This document shows, one piece after another, positions 12,007 through 24,677 of a stretch of DNA of 64,000 nt. This stretch comes from Kudoa neothunni (Eukaryota > Animalia > Cnidaria). Position numbers and translations under genes: made by a program. Within the stretch, counting starts at the first letter, position 1. The number at the start of each line of letters is the position of its first letter. The stretch is from NCBI GenBank assembly GCA_964304625.1, contig OZ199838.1, forward strand, positions 10,235,617-10,299,616, in the 5' to 3' direction. The notes beneath the pieces were generated by a model. It was not told the origin of the DNA, made no database searches, and saw only the letters and a list, made by a program, of their open reading frames with translations.

Positions 12007-15000
12007 TTAAAAAAATTTGTCAAAAATTGAATCTTTGAAATCCACTCTTAGTTGTATAATACTTTCGATCAATGAACGATCGACCAATTTCTAAATAACA
12101 AATCACACCGTACAAATGAAACCCCAGCTCTTACCAAATCTTCATTGGACAAAAGTTCATTGATATTATCGGGATGAAGCATGAGAAAGTCCACCAAACT
12201 ATCAAGAATGTTGAACAATTGTTTAATATTAGAATTCTGAAGTAAGAGTTATTGAGTGAGAAAAGAAATTATTACTTTATTGGGATTGATTCGACGAGAA
12301 TATTCAGATATGTCCCAACCAATAAGCATAGCTCCTTCCGAGGTGAAGTTGAAATTACGCAAGTGATCGAGATAAATTTTGAGAAATCTCATAGCGAATT
12401 CAGTGTTGATAACATCATAGTTGGAGCCTTCTAGCGAATATGATAGTTCTTGTAGAAAGTAGTCGATAGCATCACACACAGAATTCATGGCCTAATTAAA
12501 TTTGAGAAATTATATCCATTGTAGCCCATCGTTTTGGGGAAGAAATATTACTTTGGTCCCAAGCACCCCACTTTTACAGTTGAGAAATTCGTTTTGTTTC
12601 TGTTCTGTAGACAAAATATGCCTGATCCAATTTATATATGATGTCAATACTCTAATAGATAAATAGAACATAGTTATTATTCTTATTTTCCGCCAACATA
12701 TTACCTTTCAATCCCATCCTGTATTTTGGTTTCAAAAGTTTGTTTTATTGTTTTTAGATGATTCAAACATGTAGCATAATACGATGTGAGGCTTAATAAA
12801 TCCAAAAATATTAACACAAATTAGTGGTAATTATAATTACCCAATAGTTTTCATAATCATTTCAGTGAAGTGTTTTTGTAGAAACAAAACGATGATATTC
12901 AGTTGTTCGACTAATTTGAAAAAATCTAATGACGGTTTTTGTTTGGGATTAAAGGGTGGTAAAGCTAACCAAAAATTATTTGATTTCAGAAAGAAGAATA
13001 AATAATGTTGTTATTGGCATTTTAAAAAATACCCCAATTTATTTATTTTTCGCTATTATTAGTTTTAAAAAAATTTGAATGTTTTATTATCTTTAACAGC
13101 AATTTTATGAATTACTAGAGACTGTAGCTATTGACCCATACAAATTTCATCTTAAATGCCATACACGTTTGTGCGAAACGACATTTTTAGTTCAACAATT
13201 TCAATTTATACTTTTTATAATCAATTTATATTTTATTATAAGATATGACAACATGATGTATTTCTTATGAGCTAAATGTAATTAACTATCGCTGGAACAA
13301 CGGAGCCGACTGAATCCGTATTGGCCAATAAACACCCATTCAAACATATTAGTGGACATATGCAGCAAATACGGATTAATTTTGCCATGCCAATAAGGTG
13401 GACAATAAAAAATACATTTCAATGCCATATCGATACCATTATTGCAATAGATTCTGGGGAGATAATCAATCAGCACCATATATATCTGGACAATATTAGC
13501 AGCAAGATCAACAGATGGCGACAACTATCGCGAGAAACCAATTATAAATTATAATAAATAATTCAGCAGTAGTTTACAATTTCGCATCTTTCAATCGCCA
13601 ATCGATTATCCTGTATCATACTCACAGCCACATTATGGGAGATAACCATTGCGACACTAAAGATGATCATTCATACAATACACCTTTAAATAAATAATAA
13701 ATAGATTATCGATGCATACTCGACTTTTGGTGCTGTAAGTTGTATGCTTGAGAAAATATTTTTGTTGACATTGACCTCTCCGAGATTCTTAGTGATTATG
13801 TCTTTGTAGCAATTTTTTAACAGCTGAACTTCCTTCCTAAAGCAGATTCAGTCACACCGCCATCCATACGTCTTAATAAGAGCAATCAATTAGATAAAGT
13901 ACTGAATGTAGTTATCAAGATATTCCCCAAAAAGAGCTTTTTTGTGCATTTCCAGCGTTGATGCCTGTACAACAGTATTGGCGCCAAGAATCGCTTTTTC
14001 TATGGTGGCTGTTCTATTCCAAAATGCGAATAATTAGACGAATCATTAGAAAACAATTATAATCAATAAGCTACTCTCGATATAAATTCTTCAAAATTTC
14101 AAATGTTTTCACATCGCTGTTCTGAAAATCTTTCATTTCTGTGATCACTCTTTTCTAAGAGATGTGTAATCACTTATAGACTCCAACCCAAGTTCTCACT
14201 CTGATAATGACTTCGAAGATACTTTGTACAAAATTGTTCATAACAAGTCGTTTATGCCCAGAAAATACGTGGTCAATAATTCGGGCACCAGTATTAAAAG
14301 TGTTAATAACTCCCATAGCGAAATCTTGCGGTAACAACACAAAATCCTGAATAAAAAATTCGTATCCGAAAAATGAATCAATTCTAATTTAATTCTGTTA
14401 CTTGTATACAGAGATTGATAAGATTCGTGTAACAAGTGTGAAATTCCTATAGAATAAGATAATTTAGAAACATAAATATTTCCAAGATCAAAAATTAGAA
14501 TTTTAATATCTATGGTATCTAAGGTCTCAATAAGTCATTTTTGTCTGCGAGGTACTTAATTAACATTTTATTGTTAGGGATGTCTATTAGTTCGTACAAG
14601 ATAATGTCAGCGTGTAATAATAAATTATAATTTATTCTTTATCGCATATATGAGTATAGAAGTAGAATAAACAACAGATTTTAGCAGAATTCACGAAATG
14701 ATTCATTTTTTACGAATAAACAGGAATTGTAAGGATTCAATAATGTTTTTTGAGCATGTACCGGATTATCTAAAAATGGTTGTATGCGGCCCAATAACGA
14801 AAGCCTATTCACTTTTCGTTAACGTTATTGCGCGTATACTACCATGCATGAGAAAATTTTAGAATCATATTAAAATTAATTCCACAACCCTAATCCCATT
14901 ATCAGGAAATCACGCAAAATGCAAGGATTCTATAATTTATTAAATAGACGCGCCAAAAAATGTTCGACTAATGCGACTTAAAAAAAAGGTTCCAAACTAA

Positions 15001-17515
15001 CTTTTTTCCACGTTTCTGGATAATGGTGGTTTATGTACTTCCTTGCAATGTTTCCTCGAAAATAAGACCAAGTAACTATTTCTTGCGTAAAATTAATACA
15101 AGACCGGGTCTTATTTTGGGGGAAATGCGGTAGCTTAAGATTCGGTAACAATAATTCTCATAATAATTAAATCCAGGCTTATGCATTTGGGCACTAATTG
15201 TTTATGATTTCAAAAAATTAAATAAAAATTTTATGTGGGTCTTTAATTAATAAAATAACAATTGACGAAGCCAAGAAGCCGAAAGCCCTGTTTTAACAAA
15301 TGTAAAATGTAAGTGTTGTCCTGATAGCGTTACCAAATAAACATTAAGTTTTAGAACCTATCCTTAAAAACCTAAATTTATTTAGTTAAACTATTATTTG
15401 ACATTATCAATTAAAATAATAATTTTTTCTCCCCTTAAATATTTTTCATTCGAAAATCACAGAAAAATGATAAATCCTAAAATAATTAATAAGCTCTACA
15501 TTCATGCAAAAATGCGATTAAACTTATTGAGCCAATTAAAGTTAATTATTTAGTCAATAGTAATAATAAATTTTAATTGATTTATTCATACATTCAGAGT
15601 ACAGTTTTCTCGCATTTAGTTTTATAAACGCTATAAATAACTAGAATTAGAGCTTTCCTATGACTGAAATTTTTTTGACCTAATTAGAAGATATTTAGTT
15701 GAATTCTTATTTATCTAAGATCAGGTATCTACCCATGTACAAACCTAAGTATTGGCGAACATTGTAATTTTCTTAGCTCTTAATTGTTTGAAAAAAGTGT
15801 CATCAAGTTAAAAATATTAATTACTAAACGAATCTCCCATAATAATCAATTGAAAGACGTAAATAACTATAGATGGCGGCAAAGAGAAGTATTCGCTTCC
15901 ATCTAAAATTAGAATTGGAACAAACTTTATTGAACTTTATCGATTTTTATTCCAAAAAAAGATTAATTCATTTATAAATTAGTCATTAAATCAAATATAA
16001 ACATAAATAACGACGAAATAAAATAAATATTTATTAATTACATTATTAGCTACGATTTTTACGATTTAAACACTCGAAACTCAATAAACTTATGACTTAA
16101 CTTGAATAATAGAAACTATTTATTTAAGGATCATAAGGATGGTTAAAATGGGCAAAAAATATGGAAATAACATTCAAGCTGTTCTCACTTTAATATTCTT
16201 TTTAACAGTAATTTCATACTACGAGATAATATAATTAAAGTTAATATGTGCTAAATATTATATAGAATATATTTTAATTATTATAAACTACCCAAAAAAA
16301 ATTATTTCATTAAATTTTGTTTTTTTTTTGCCTTTATTTAAATTCTTCAATAATGTGAAATCTCTTTCAACATTTTTTTAATTTCATTTAATGTAATATA
16401 AACAGGTTAAACTTTCTTAAGATTTCCCCCAAATCATCAATAAAAAGATAGAAATTAAGATGAATAATTGTTTAATTAAACCAATATAATTTATTCAATT
16501 TCATATACAGATTTGGTGTTCGTTTGAACAATAAAACTTTTTATTTATCTAAAACTCATCGCGTATGCTTTATTCTCACGCATTTTTAAAATATCCCCCC
16601 TCGCGCTAAATATTAAATACTTTCGATGGCATCAACGTGTCAGAACACTCTTTCATCATTCTTATGTCACCTTGTCGGTAGGCATCTGAAAATTGTCCAT
16701 TCACTTGATCCACCAATTTTTTATAAGAAGCTACGCCCGAACTAGAACCAGCATAATAAATAATCAAGTATATACCCTCTATAAGTTGTTTGGATTTATC
16801 AAATTTTGCATCATCCAAATCTTTAAAGATCGACACCACATAATGCATCATAATTGTTGATTTATGTAGCTATAAGATAGATGAGTGTAAATAGGATACA
16901 ATGGTTTTTAATAAAAATCGATGATAATTTACATTATCAGCATTCTTAAAGCTGGGCGGTTCCACATTGAATTCCATAAACGAATTTATAACTGATATCA
17001 ATTCAATAGCCTCCTTGGCACGTTCCGAAGGTGTGCTACAATTTTCTAGCTGCTTAGCAACACCAGATATATTTGACGATATATTCTGAACATGAGAGTT
17101 GATAGTGTTGAAATCATTCTCTACAAACTACACACATCAAAATTGATTGTTGAATATTGACCGAGATTGGGCTTATATTGTTGGTTTACATTTGTTTTAT
17201 TTCCCAAAATTGAAATATTGCTTTTGTATTCTTTCTCATGAGCAACCAACTCGCTGCAAGTTTCGTATATTTCTCGATCAACTGTACCACTCAAATAATT
17301 TAAATCATTGATTTTTTCCTCAAATGCTTTCATCACACTTTCGGCATTAACTAAGAGTGCTCCTTCAATAGACTTATCACTTATTCTTTCATTGTTATAA
17401 GCTAATTTTTCCACATAAGGGTTCAAATAGAATGGTTCCTAGTATGCAATATAGATAGAATCGAAATTGTGTATTCATCTACGAAAAAATGATCTTTCTG
17501 TGAACTTTTCGACAT
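12007..17515 (-). CDS. EXOC5: Exocyst complex component 5 (Sec10), multi-exon
   Basis: Start MSKSSQKDHFF/EPFYLNPYVEKL (compare EPFVADEYIERL). Internal QLENCSTPSERAKEA and RQGDIRMMKE. C-terminal SLEGSNYD...EGAMLIGWDISEY...IIQLRVDF (compare SMDGKNVD...GGMLAICDVAEY...FVQLRADY). Large introns at about 14449-16620 and 12965-13415. Confidence 0.92.
15046..15130. mobile_element. About 85-bp pogo/Tigger-type MITE in the EXOC5 intron
   Basis: TIR TGTTTCCTCGAAAATAAGACC ... GGTCTTATTTTGGGGGAAATGCGG followed by TA. Confidence 0.7.
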
Positions 17516-17836
17516 TCTCAAAAACAGCCCTCTTCAACTTGAACAAAATTAATACGCAACAGATTTGTTACCATTCGTATAAGTTCGCCTGCAATTCGCC
17601 TCCTTATTTTTTATCTGTACTTTGGCGATGCATTTTTCTTACAGACGTGAATAATGATGTATTCAATAAGTTTTTACAAAACTAATTAGAGCTTTAAATT
17701 AAAATTTTAGTAACTAAGAGGGTGTTTAGGGTCACACAAAATATAATAGTTTAGGGGTACATTGCGCAAGCAAGCTACCTAGTTTGTGATAAGTGTGTCG
17801 AATTTTGGCTTGAACTAATAGAGTATATTGTTTGTT
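17516..17836. promoter_or_regulatory. Putative bidirectional promoter between EXOC5 and the small basic gene
   Basis: Divergent start codons at 17515 (minus) and 17837 (plus) with only 321 bp between them. Confidence 0.55.
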
Positions 17837-18341
17837 ATGGGTAGCTCCACTAGACGACGACAAATTAAAGTTATTAAACCGGCTACGAATGTTGGAAAAC
17901 AATCCAACAACAACAAAACCGCTAAACAAACAAAAAAACACACCAAGCTAGTCGAAAGTGATGATTGATGAAATGACCGCTTCATTCTCCAAATTTGTAG
18001 GTCTTAAGAAAAACCAAAACAAGATCAAATTGGCTCAAAGGGAAAGAATCAGAAAACCAATCAAAACCACCAACCGTCTCAATAATTGGACTGATATCAA
18101 TAAGTGTATCAAAGACATACACAAATCCACTGTAAATAACACCAGTAACAAACCCAAAACATCTGGAAAGTATTCAAACAATTCTTATGTATTTAAAACT
18201 CTTTCATAGGATTAATTCGGAAACCCCCATATCAAAAAAGTAATACTGATAATTTATGCTATTTCTGACCCCGACGATAGAAATAAAGACACAGCAATAT
18301 TCAAAAATAAAAAATCATTAGATTTATTGTCAAAATTGTAG
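17837..18341 (+). CDS. Small Lys/Asn-rich basic protein (about 126 aa, 4 exons), function unknown
   Basis: Three GT-AG introns of about 40-43 nt join in frame: MGSSTRRRQIKVIKP...LVESLKKNQNKIKLAQRERIRKP...KKSLDLLSKL*. Only weak resemblance to SLX9/FAM207A-type ribosome biogenesis proteins. Confidence 0.7.
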
Positions 18342-18349
18342 AATCTAAT

Positions 18350-18836
18350 CTAGTTGTTCTTTTTTACACAATCTGGTGAGGGATCGATTTTTCCTTGCTC
18401 CTTATCCCATTGTTCTATTGTTTTCGTCTGCGTAAATTTACTAGAAAGCGCGCTCAATACATAATCTAACGTACGATTATGGACATGGCGTGAATTTGCT
18501 TCATTTCTTCATCAATTATTTCATATATGGCTCGATGTTGCTAATTTTATTTACAATATTGCTTTCGTTCAATAAAATAGAATTACTTTCAGCAATGGCA
18601 TACTTTTGAAATAATCAGATACGACCACTAATTTCAAATGACTCTCATCGACTATATTCGCAAATTATCAACTGAACAATGGAAATAAATCACGGTGAAA
18701 ACGATGATTTGGACTTTCGTTTATCACTTTAATCAAATGGGGCTATAAACTGAATTATATTTGTAGTGGACGAAAAATTCACTTTAATTGCGGAAGTAAT
18801 TTTTGACACGATACTCTTGGATAGGGGGCCACACAT
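18350..18836 (-). CDS. BOLA1: BolA-like protein 1 (5 exons)
   Basis: MCGPLSKSIVSKITSAIK/PHLIKVINES..H..DESHLKLVVVSDYF..PLLK/QHRAIY...IHAMSII/TKTIEQW...SPDC matches BOLA1 motifs (NES..H, ETHF.V.VVS, HR, HAL.I, T..QW, SPPC). Confidence 0.88.
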
Positions 18837-19638
18837 TTGCCAACGCGATATTCGGGATAATTCGGCAGATCATTTTTAGTCGGAATCCTAATATGTTGGT
18901 GATCCCTTTTCCAGCTTAAAAAATTGAACACCGAAATTTTCTTTTATTTTTAACCTATTGTATAGCTAAGTCCTTCTCTATTTAATATTTTATTTGATTC
19001 GTTTATGTTGTGCATTATTAGGTACTAAGTAAAAAACAAGCGATGAATATATTACTTACTTTAATTCCGCAAACTAACGCTTTTTAAATCTTGAAGATAA
19101 AAATATTTTGCATTAAGTGTTAAAAACGAAACTCAACTCTATAAATGCAAGCCTTATTTAATACAGCAAACATTTTGTACCGTTAAAAATATATTCTATA
19201 GCTTGCCGCGAGTATGAGAAACCCCTAAAAATCAAGCCCTAGAATCTAGTTTTCATTTTCAATCTTCTTATTTACAAATAATGATTAATATTAATTATGC
19301 ATGTAATAGAATTTAATGATTACAGAAAATTTAACAATGCATGCCAATCTCGGTTTGGATCAAAAGGGGATTAAAAAAAACACACACTATGACATGTGGA
19401 ATATAGATTTTGTGTAAAAACTTTTATTTAGAGTAACAATCTCTTCAAATAATAAATATTTGAATTTAAAATTTAAGTCATTTCATTTCACAAAATCGCA
19501 GAATTGCTCTTAAACATAGAAGGAAAATGGCAAAAGGAATATGCGTTTTTATAAGATGCAGGACAATAACAGAACTTGTTAATATATTCGTTGGGTTCAT
19601 CGGAATACTTTTAAAATATATTCATTTGTGTAACACAA

Positions 19639-19715
19639 GGTCCGGACCGGGATCCGAACCTGGGCTCTTTGTGCTAAAAGGCGGTGGTGCCATACCGCAC
19701 TGCTCTCGATCGCGC
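19639..19715 (-). pseudogene. tRNA-like sequence (pseudo-tRNA or tRNA-derived SINE head)
   Basis: GC-rich island with an A-box-like AGCAGTGCGG and a T-arm/B-box CCAGGTTCGGATCCCGG. Acceptor and anticodon stems pair poorly. Confidence 0.6.
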
Positions 19716-20084
19716 ATCTATGGTTGGTGGATTATAACCCTTATATAATCCACATGTTACAATTTGGACTACCATATCAATTTTCGGACACATTGTTCTC
19801 ATTTTGCTTATTATTATCGTATAATAACGCGTGGATGCTTCGAGTTATCATTATATCACAAATTATCTCATGATATGATTTTAATGGTTTAACCAATGTT
19901 TTATATTTATAACAATATTACTGTGTTTTATTTTTGTATCTTTTTTGTTAATTTATTTTGAGTTATTAAACAAATTATTGCACATTTTCTGAAAAATTAC
20001 ACGAGCGTTAATTTTACGAATAAATTTTCTATTAATTTTGAAATTCTATACTGTATATTTAATGAATAAAAACAAAAATATTAC

Positions 20085-21381
20085 CGGGTTTTGCATTCAA
20101 ATCTGGACATTATTATTTTTGTGTCTGAATATCCAATGTATTAATGTCTTCGTTTGGCAATTCTAACACATGATTACATATTAAATATTAACTACAAAAG
20201 GTTTGATAATTATATCGACTAAAGAATGCGCTTCGCCATAAATTAAATTTCAAAAATAGAATAAAATAATATTTAAATTGAACTATCAATAAATATATTT
20301 ATTTTAATCGCGTCCAATTTCTTGGTAAGTATGGCATCTTTCTAAGAATGTTTCGGCGTGTTATGAATAATTATTTAAATTTCGTTCTGTTACATTATTT
20401 GCGAAATTTTTCATCCTTTACAGTAGTTTTCTGGTTCCAGGCAAGGGTCAAGTTCTTCTCACGTTATTTATTTGTGAGAATACCTCTTCGTGAAGTTTTA
20501 AAACGGGAAAATATGTCTGTAGATAATAAATTTCTCATGGATATTTATCATAAAATTCGACATTTTTATGGTGGGACTTAACATTGTCCATTACAATGAT
20601 GAATTCACCTACCCCTAAAATATTCTTGAGTTTACTCTAGAGCTCTTGAAAAATTGTGGTTGACATCGCCAAGTAAAGCCTCACAGCTTACCACATTTAT
20701 TGCGTTAACAGCGAGTATCATGATGATATTTCTTCCATTTCTACTTTGCACACCTGAATTAGATGTTGTTTCAACATGCGAACGTCCATGAGAGCGTAAT
20801 AAATGTAGCGAGAACGGGCTCTCATCCATAAAAAGCAAATTTTTCTAGCGAACATCAAGAGGCAGGCTTGTATACCAATTGCCATAATTGATGCGTTATG
20901 ATTTAACCCTGGCACTATTTCCGCTTTTAGGTATAGGACGCGTCATTTCATAAGATATATTCAGGGCATTTAGCCATCTCCAAACAGTTGATCTGTGTAT
21001 TCTCAGATTTAGCTTTTGTATTATCGATTGCAAAGTTATGGTAGAATCATCTATATTAGGTCTAATAGACTTTTCTTTAGATCGTCAGTCAACGTAATAT
21101 TTCTACGATCCCCTTTAGATGCCTTTAAAGTCCTTTCTTCAACATTATAGGCTTTTATTATATCACTCACCGTCGAGCGAAGAACATTTAGATCTCCAGC
21201 GGCTTGTGCCTGGGATTTACCCTTAAAGATCACGGCATCAATTACCATTTCTCGTTACTATGCTCAATTCTACCGGGCGTAGCTCTAACAATATTCAAGC
21301 AACCTGGAGCAACAAACGAAGTTAATTGCAATAATGTCCGGATTTGATTGCAACCTTATCCGAATATGGATGCAAAACCCG
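20085..21381 (-). mobile_element. Degenerate Tc1/IS630-like transposon
   Basis: TIRs CGGGTTTTGCAT... with TA flanks. HTH piece (KSQAQAAGDLNVLRSTVSDII), LFMDESPF and IVMDNV catalytic pieces. Frameshifted. Confidence 0.88.
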
Positions 21382-22735
21382 TAAGATCTATCTAAATACA
21401 TTAATTAATATATATACTTTAATAATTTAAAAAAATATTTTAGGCCACATGCTTGAGTAATTCTCACACTGAAAACGTTTTTTAAGTCTCATCAAATCTA
21501 AGTCGTTCTTAATTTATTATGAAAGGACTCCACGATATTTTTATATAAAATTCCTATCTGTAGATATTTAAACTGTGAAATATATAATTATAAATCGTGA
21601 TATTCGGCATGTGAAAACATTTTGATATTTTTCACTCTTTAGGGATAGCTACGTCTATTACTAAGTGCAAGCACTCAGTCTGTTTCTCTCACGCAATTAT
21701 CAAAATTTAGACATGAATTTTACAGTCACCTTACAATATCTACATGTATTTTTAGCTAGTAATAGTGTTTGTGAGGCTTTTATCGACAACATATTTTCAT
21801 AATGTAAAACATTATTAAAACAGCAAGCCCTTATATTTGTACCATGAAATATTAGAATGAATTTACACTACAATACAATATTTATCTTTTATAGATTTCA
21901 TTGGAAATCTGAGTTATTTACACAAGGTAACAGTGGTGAAATTACTAAAAAATTGATATTTATTTTAAGTAGCTGGCTTAAGATGCATTCGTGCCGTCAA
22001 TTTCGTATCTCTGCTTCGCTCAAGATACTATGAATGGTAATTAATATGAAAATACTGTTATTTTGATCCTCTCTCATTGAATTGTTTGGGATAAATTTTC
22101 ATTTAAATGAAAAAAATATACTTACATACCTACAGATAAAAATAATAGGTAGTGCATACTTTCTTAAATTTGAATCGTCGAATCATACGAGGCATTGAGA
22201 ATGCTTATAATTTTATGAAAAAAGCATATGCATTTCACCAATACCTTAGAGATACCTTTTAATTTAATCAATGTTTTTTTTACAAATTTAAACTCTGAAT
22301 TCCTTGAGTTACTGAAGTTAATTTGCTATAGTCTCGAATAAACAAAATTGGCTTGCATTTCAGCCAAGCCTCATTCTTTTAGTCTTAATGCATATAGTCA
22401 TTTTTATTTGATGTATTTAAATCTAACACTGTACTAATCGACTCAAAGCAAGTTATTGGGATGATTATTTAATTAAATCATCTGATATCTAATGGAGGTG
22501 AAATGGGTTTTTTAATTTAAAAAATTGCAAAAATAATAACGCATTTAACCCCCTTATTTGAATTTATTTTCTAATTACCTGTTAGTGTTTATTTAATAGT
22601 TCAACCCAATGTAAAAAATATGAATATTACTATAAACGCGTATTCAAGTAAAATAAGAATTGAACTACGACTTCAAGTGAGTTTTGTGTTGATCTAGGAT
22701 CTGATATTACAATGATTGTTAAAAGTTTACAATAT

Positions 22736-24677
22736 TTAAAGATTTTCCTTTTCTTGTGTTTCAGCTAAAGTGGCGAGATAAATGGGTGTGAAGGAAGGAG
22801 AAGAAAAAGCATACTTCGGGCCCAATCTTGGAGTTTGCTTGTTCCAAATAAAACAAATGGCAGTCCAAATAAAAGAGTGGAACTTGCGATGATAATAAAT
22901 GTGTATCGCCACCCAATATAGTTCCCCTACAATACAAAATTAGTTTTTGAGATTATTGTCCTAAATAACGTAGTCTTTTTTAAGTTTAGCGTTGATCAAT
23001 TGAACGATAAATCCGACAGTAGAAGCAAAAAAGTTATTGATAGCAACAATTATTCCAGAATATTGTGGTGCCATTTCGATGGCTGATGTTATAAACCCAC
23101 TATAATTACAGCCGAGAAAGGACATTGAAACTGTAACCAATATGATAGCGTAAAGCGGTGTGTCCACCGATACATATCCAAGTGGGAACAGAAACCCACA
23201 AGAGCCGAAGAAAGCCAAGCCACTGCTAAATCGTCTAAGTTTAGTTACATCGTACTCCTTTTTAGTGATAAGATAGTCAACTAAAATGGGATATGCTGAG
23301 AGGACAATGAAGTTTCCACAGAATGGAATTACAGCATAATAGACAGCCTATTGAAAGATGAATTTGTTAAATGAAACAAAATGATTAGGATTTGGTTTTG
23401 ATTGGCTAATTTACGTTGTATTAATAGCATAAAAAATTTTAAATGATATCTATAATCATCATTTAATAGCTTCAAAAGCTGGTAAAATAATTTTCTAAAG
23501 AACTATTTTTTAAGCTGGTTTAAAATAATCAAAATTACTTTGTCACTGCTAATCTTGAACACTTCCTTAAGAAACACTGGTAGACTCACTAGGAATGTAA
23601 AAAATATGGACAATTGGGCAAAGAGAGTAAAAGTTTGAATCCAAACGTATCGACTTATTAATAATTGTTTGAATGGAATTTTCTAAATGAAAAATAAGCC
23701 TATAACAACTTGACCTAGTAAAACCTTAAAAGAATTCTTAGCAGAATCATTTGTAATTGAGAGAGACTTTTGTATCAAGTTTCTCTCCTTGGGGCTAACC
23801 CATGGATGCTTTTGTGGCGAGTCAGCCACCAGCATAGACCAAATTATGGCAGTAAAAAAATTAAACGCGCCTAAATAAGATTTTAAACCCATGTGGCATT
23901 GTAATAAAGAATACCGCTTATATAAAAAAATTCTTTCCATCCATTTGCAAAAAGAGTTGAATTACAAATTAATCCACCAACCACATTAGCAAACGTAATA
24001 CCAATAAGGTTTCCTTTAAGAACCACAATAATCACTTTGATTAATGAGTATACAAAAATTTACCACCATGTACGATGCTATTGATTGTGGTTCTTTCTCT
24101 TTTAGGGCTCCATACCCCAACTAAAAGATTTTTTGAGGGGAATAATGGTCCCTTTAATTAGATTCAGATGTAAGAACATTAACGGTCACGATAGATTATA
24201 ATAATATTAATGGAACAAGGTAAAATACCGATAAAAATCCCAACACAGCTCTAATAATAGATAATGAGATGAGACCATATGGTTCGACAAGCGGGCATAT
24301 CAACACCAACAACCCACTTAAAATCAAACAGACGGTGGTAACATGTTTAGGACCAAAATAAAACGTAAGTAATCCTCCCGAAAGTTGGCCAACAACATAT
24401 CCATAGAAATATGACGCCAACAATTTATCTAAGTTACACGTAATTAGTTGCATTAATGAACAAAATGAAACTTTTAGCTGTCGGTGTCCATTGGTAGCTC
24501 TTTTCAGTATTCTAGAGACAAACTCACTATCACATTAAAAAATAGCATTATAACGTCGTTATTTGATTGGTTTTCAGAAAATTTAAGGACGGCCACAGTC
24601 ATGTTGACTCTGGTTTGAAAAAAGGCCACCATATTCAACCAAATGGCAAATACCACCAAATAACGGATGTTATTCAT
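22736..24677 (-). CDS. SLC17 family (sialin/VGLUT-like) MFS anion transporter, copy A
   Basis: TRVNMTVA, LLASYFYGYVVGQ..GG, DSPQKHPWVS..ER, EMAPQYSG and FGTSKLQDWA motifs across many short-intron exons. ATG at 24677, TAA at 22736-22738. Confidence 0.92.

Noticed and set aside
15869-15905. TAGATGG...CCATCTA hairpin in the EXOC5 intron
   Set aside because: Too short to distinguish from repeat debris or chance.
19639-19715. Functional tRNA gene
   Set aside because: The acceptor stem has mismatches and the anticodon stem does not pair. Kept only as a relic.
19527-19748. 73-aa plus-strand ORF
   Set aside because: It is open mainly because it crosses the GC-rich tRNA-like relic, and it has no protein motif.
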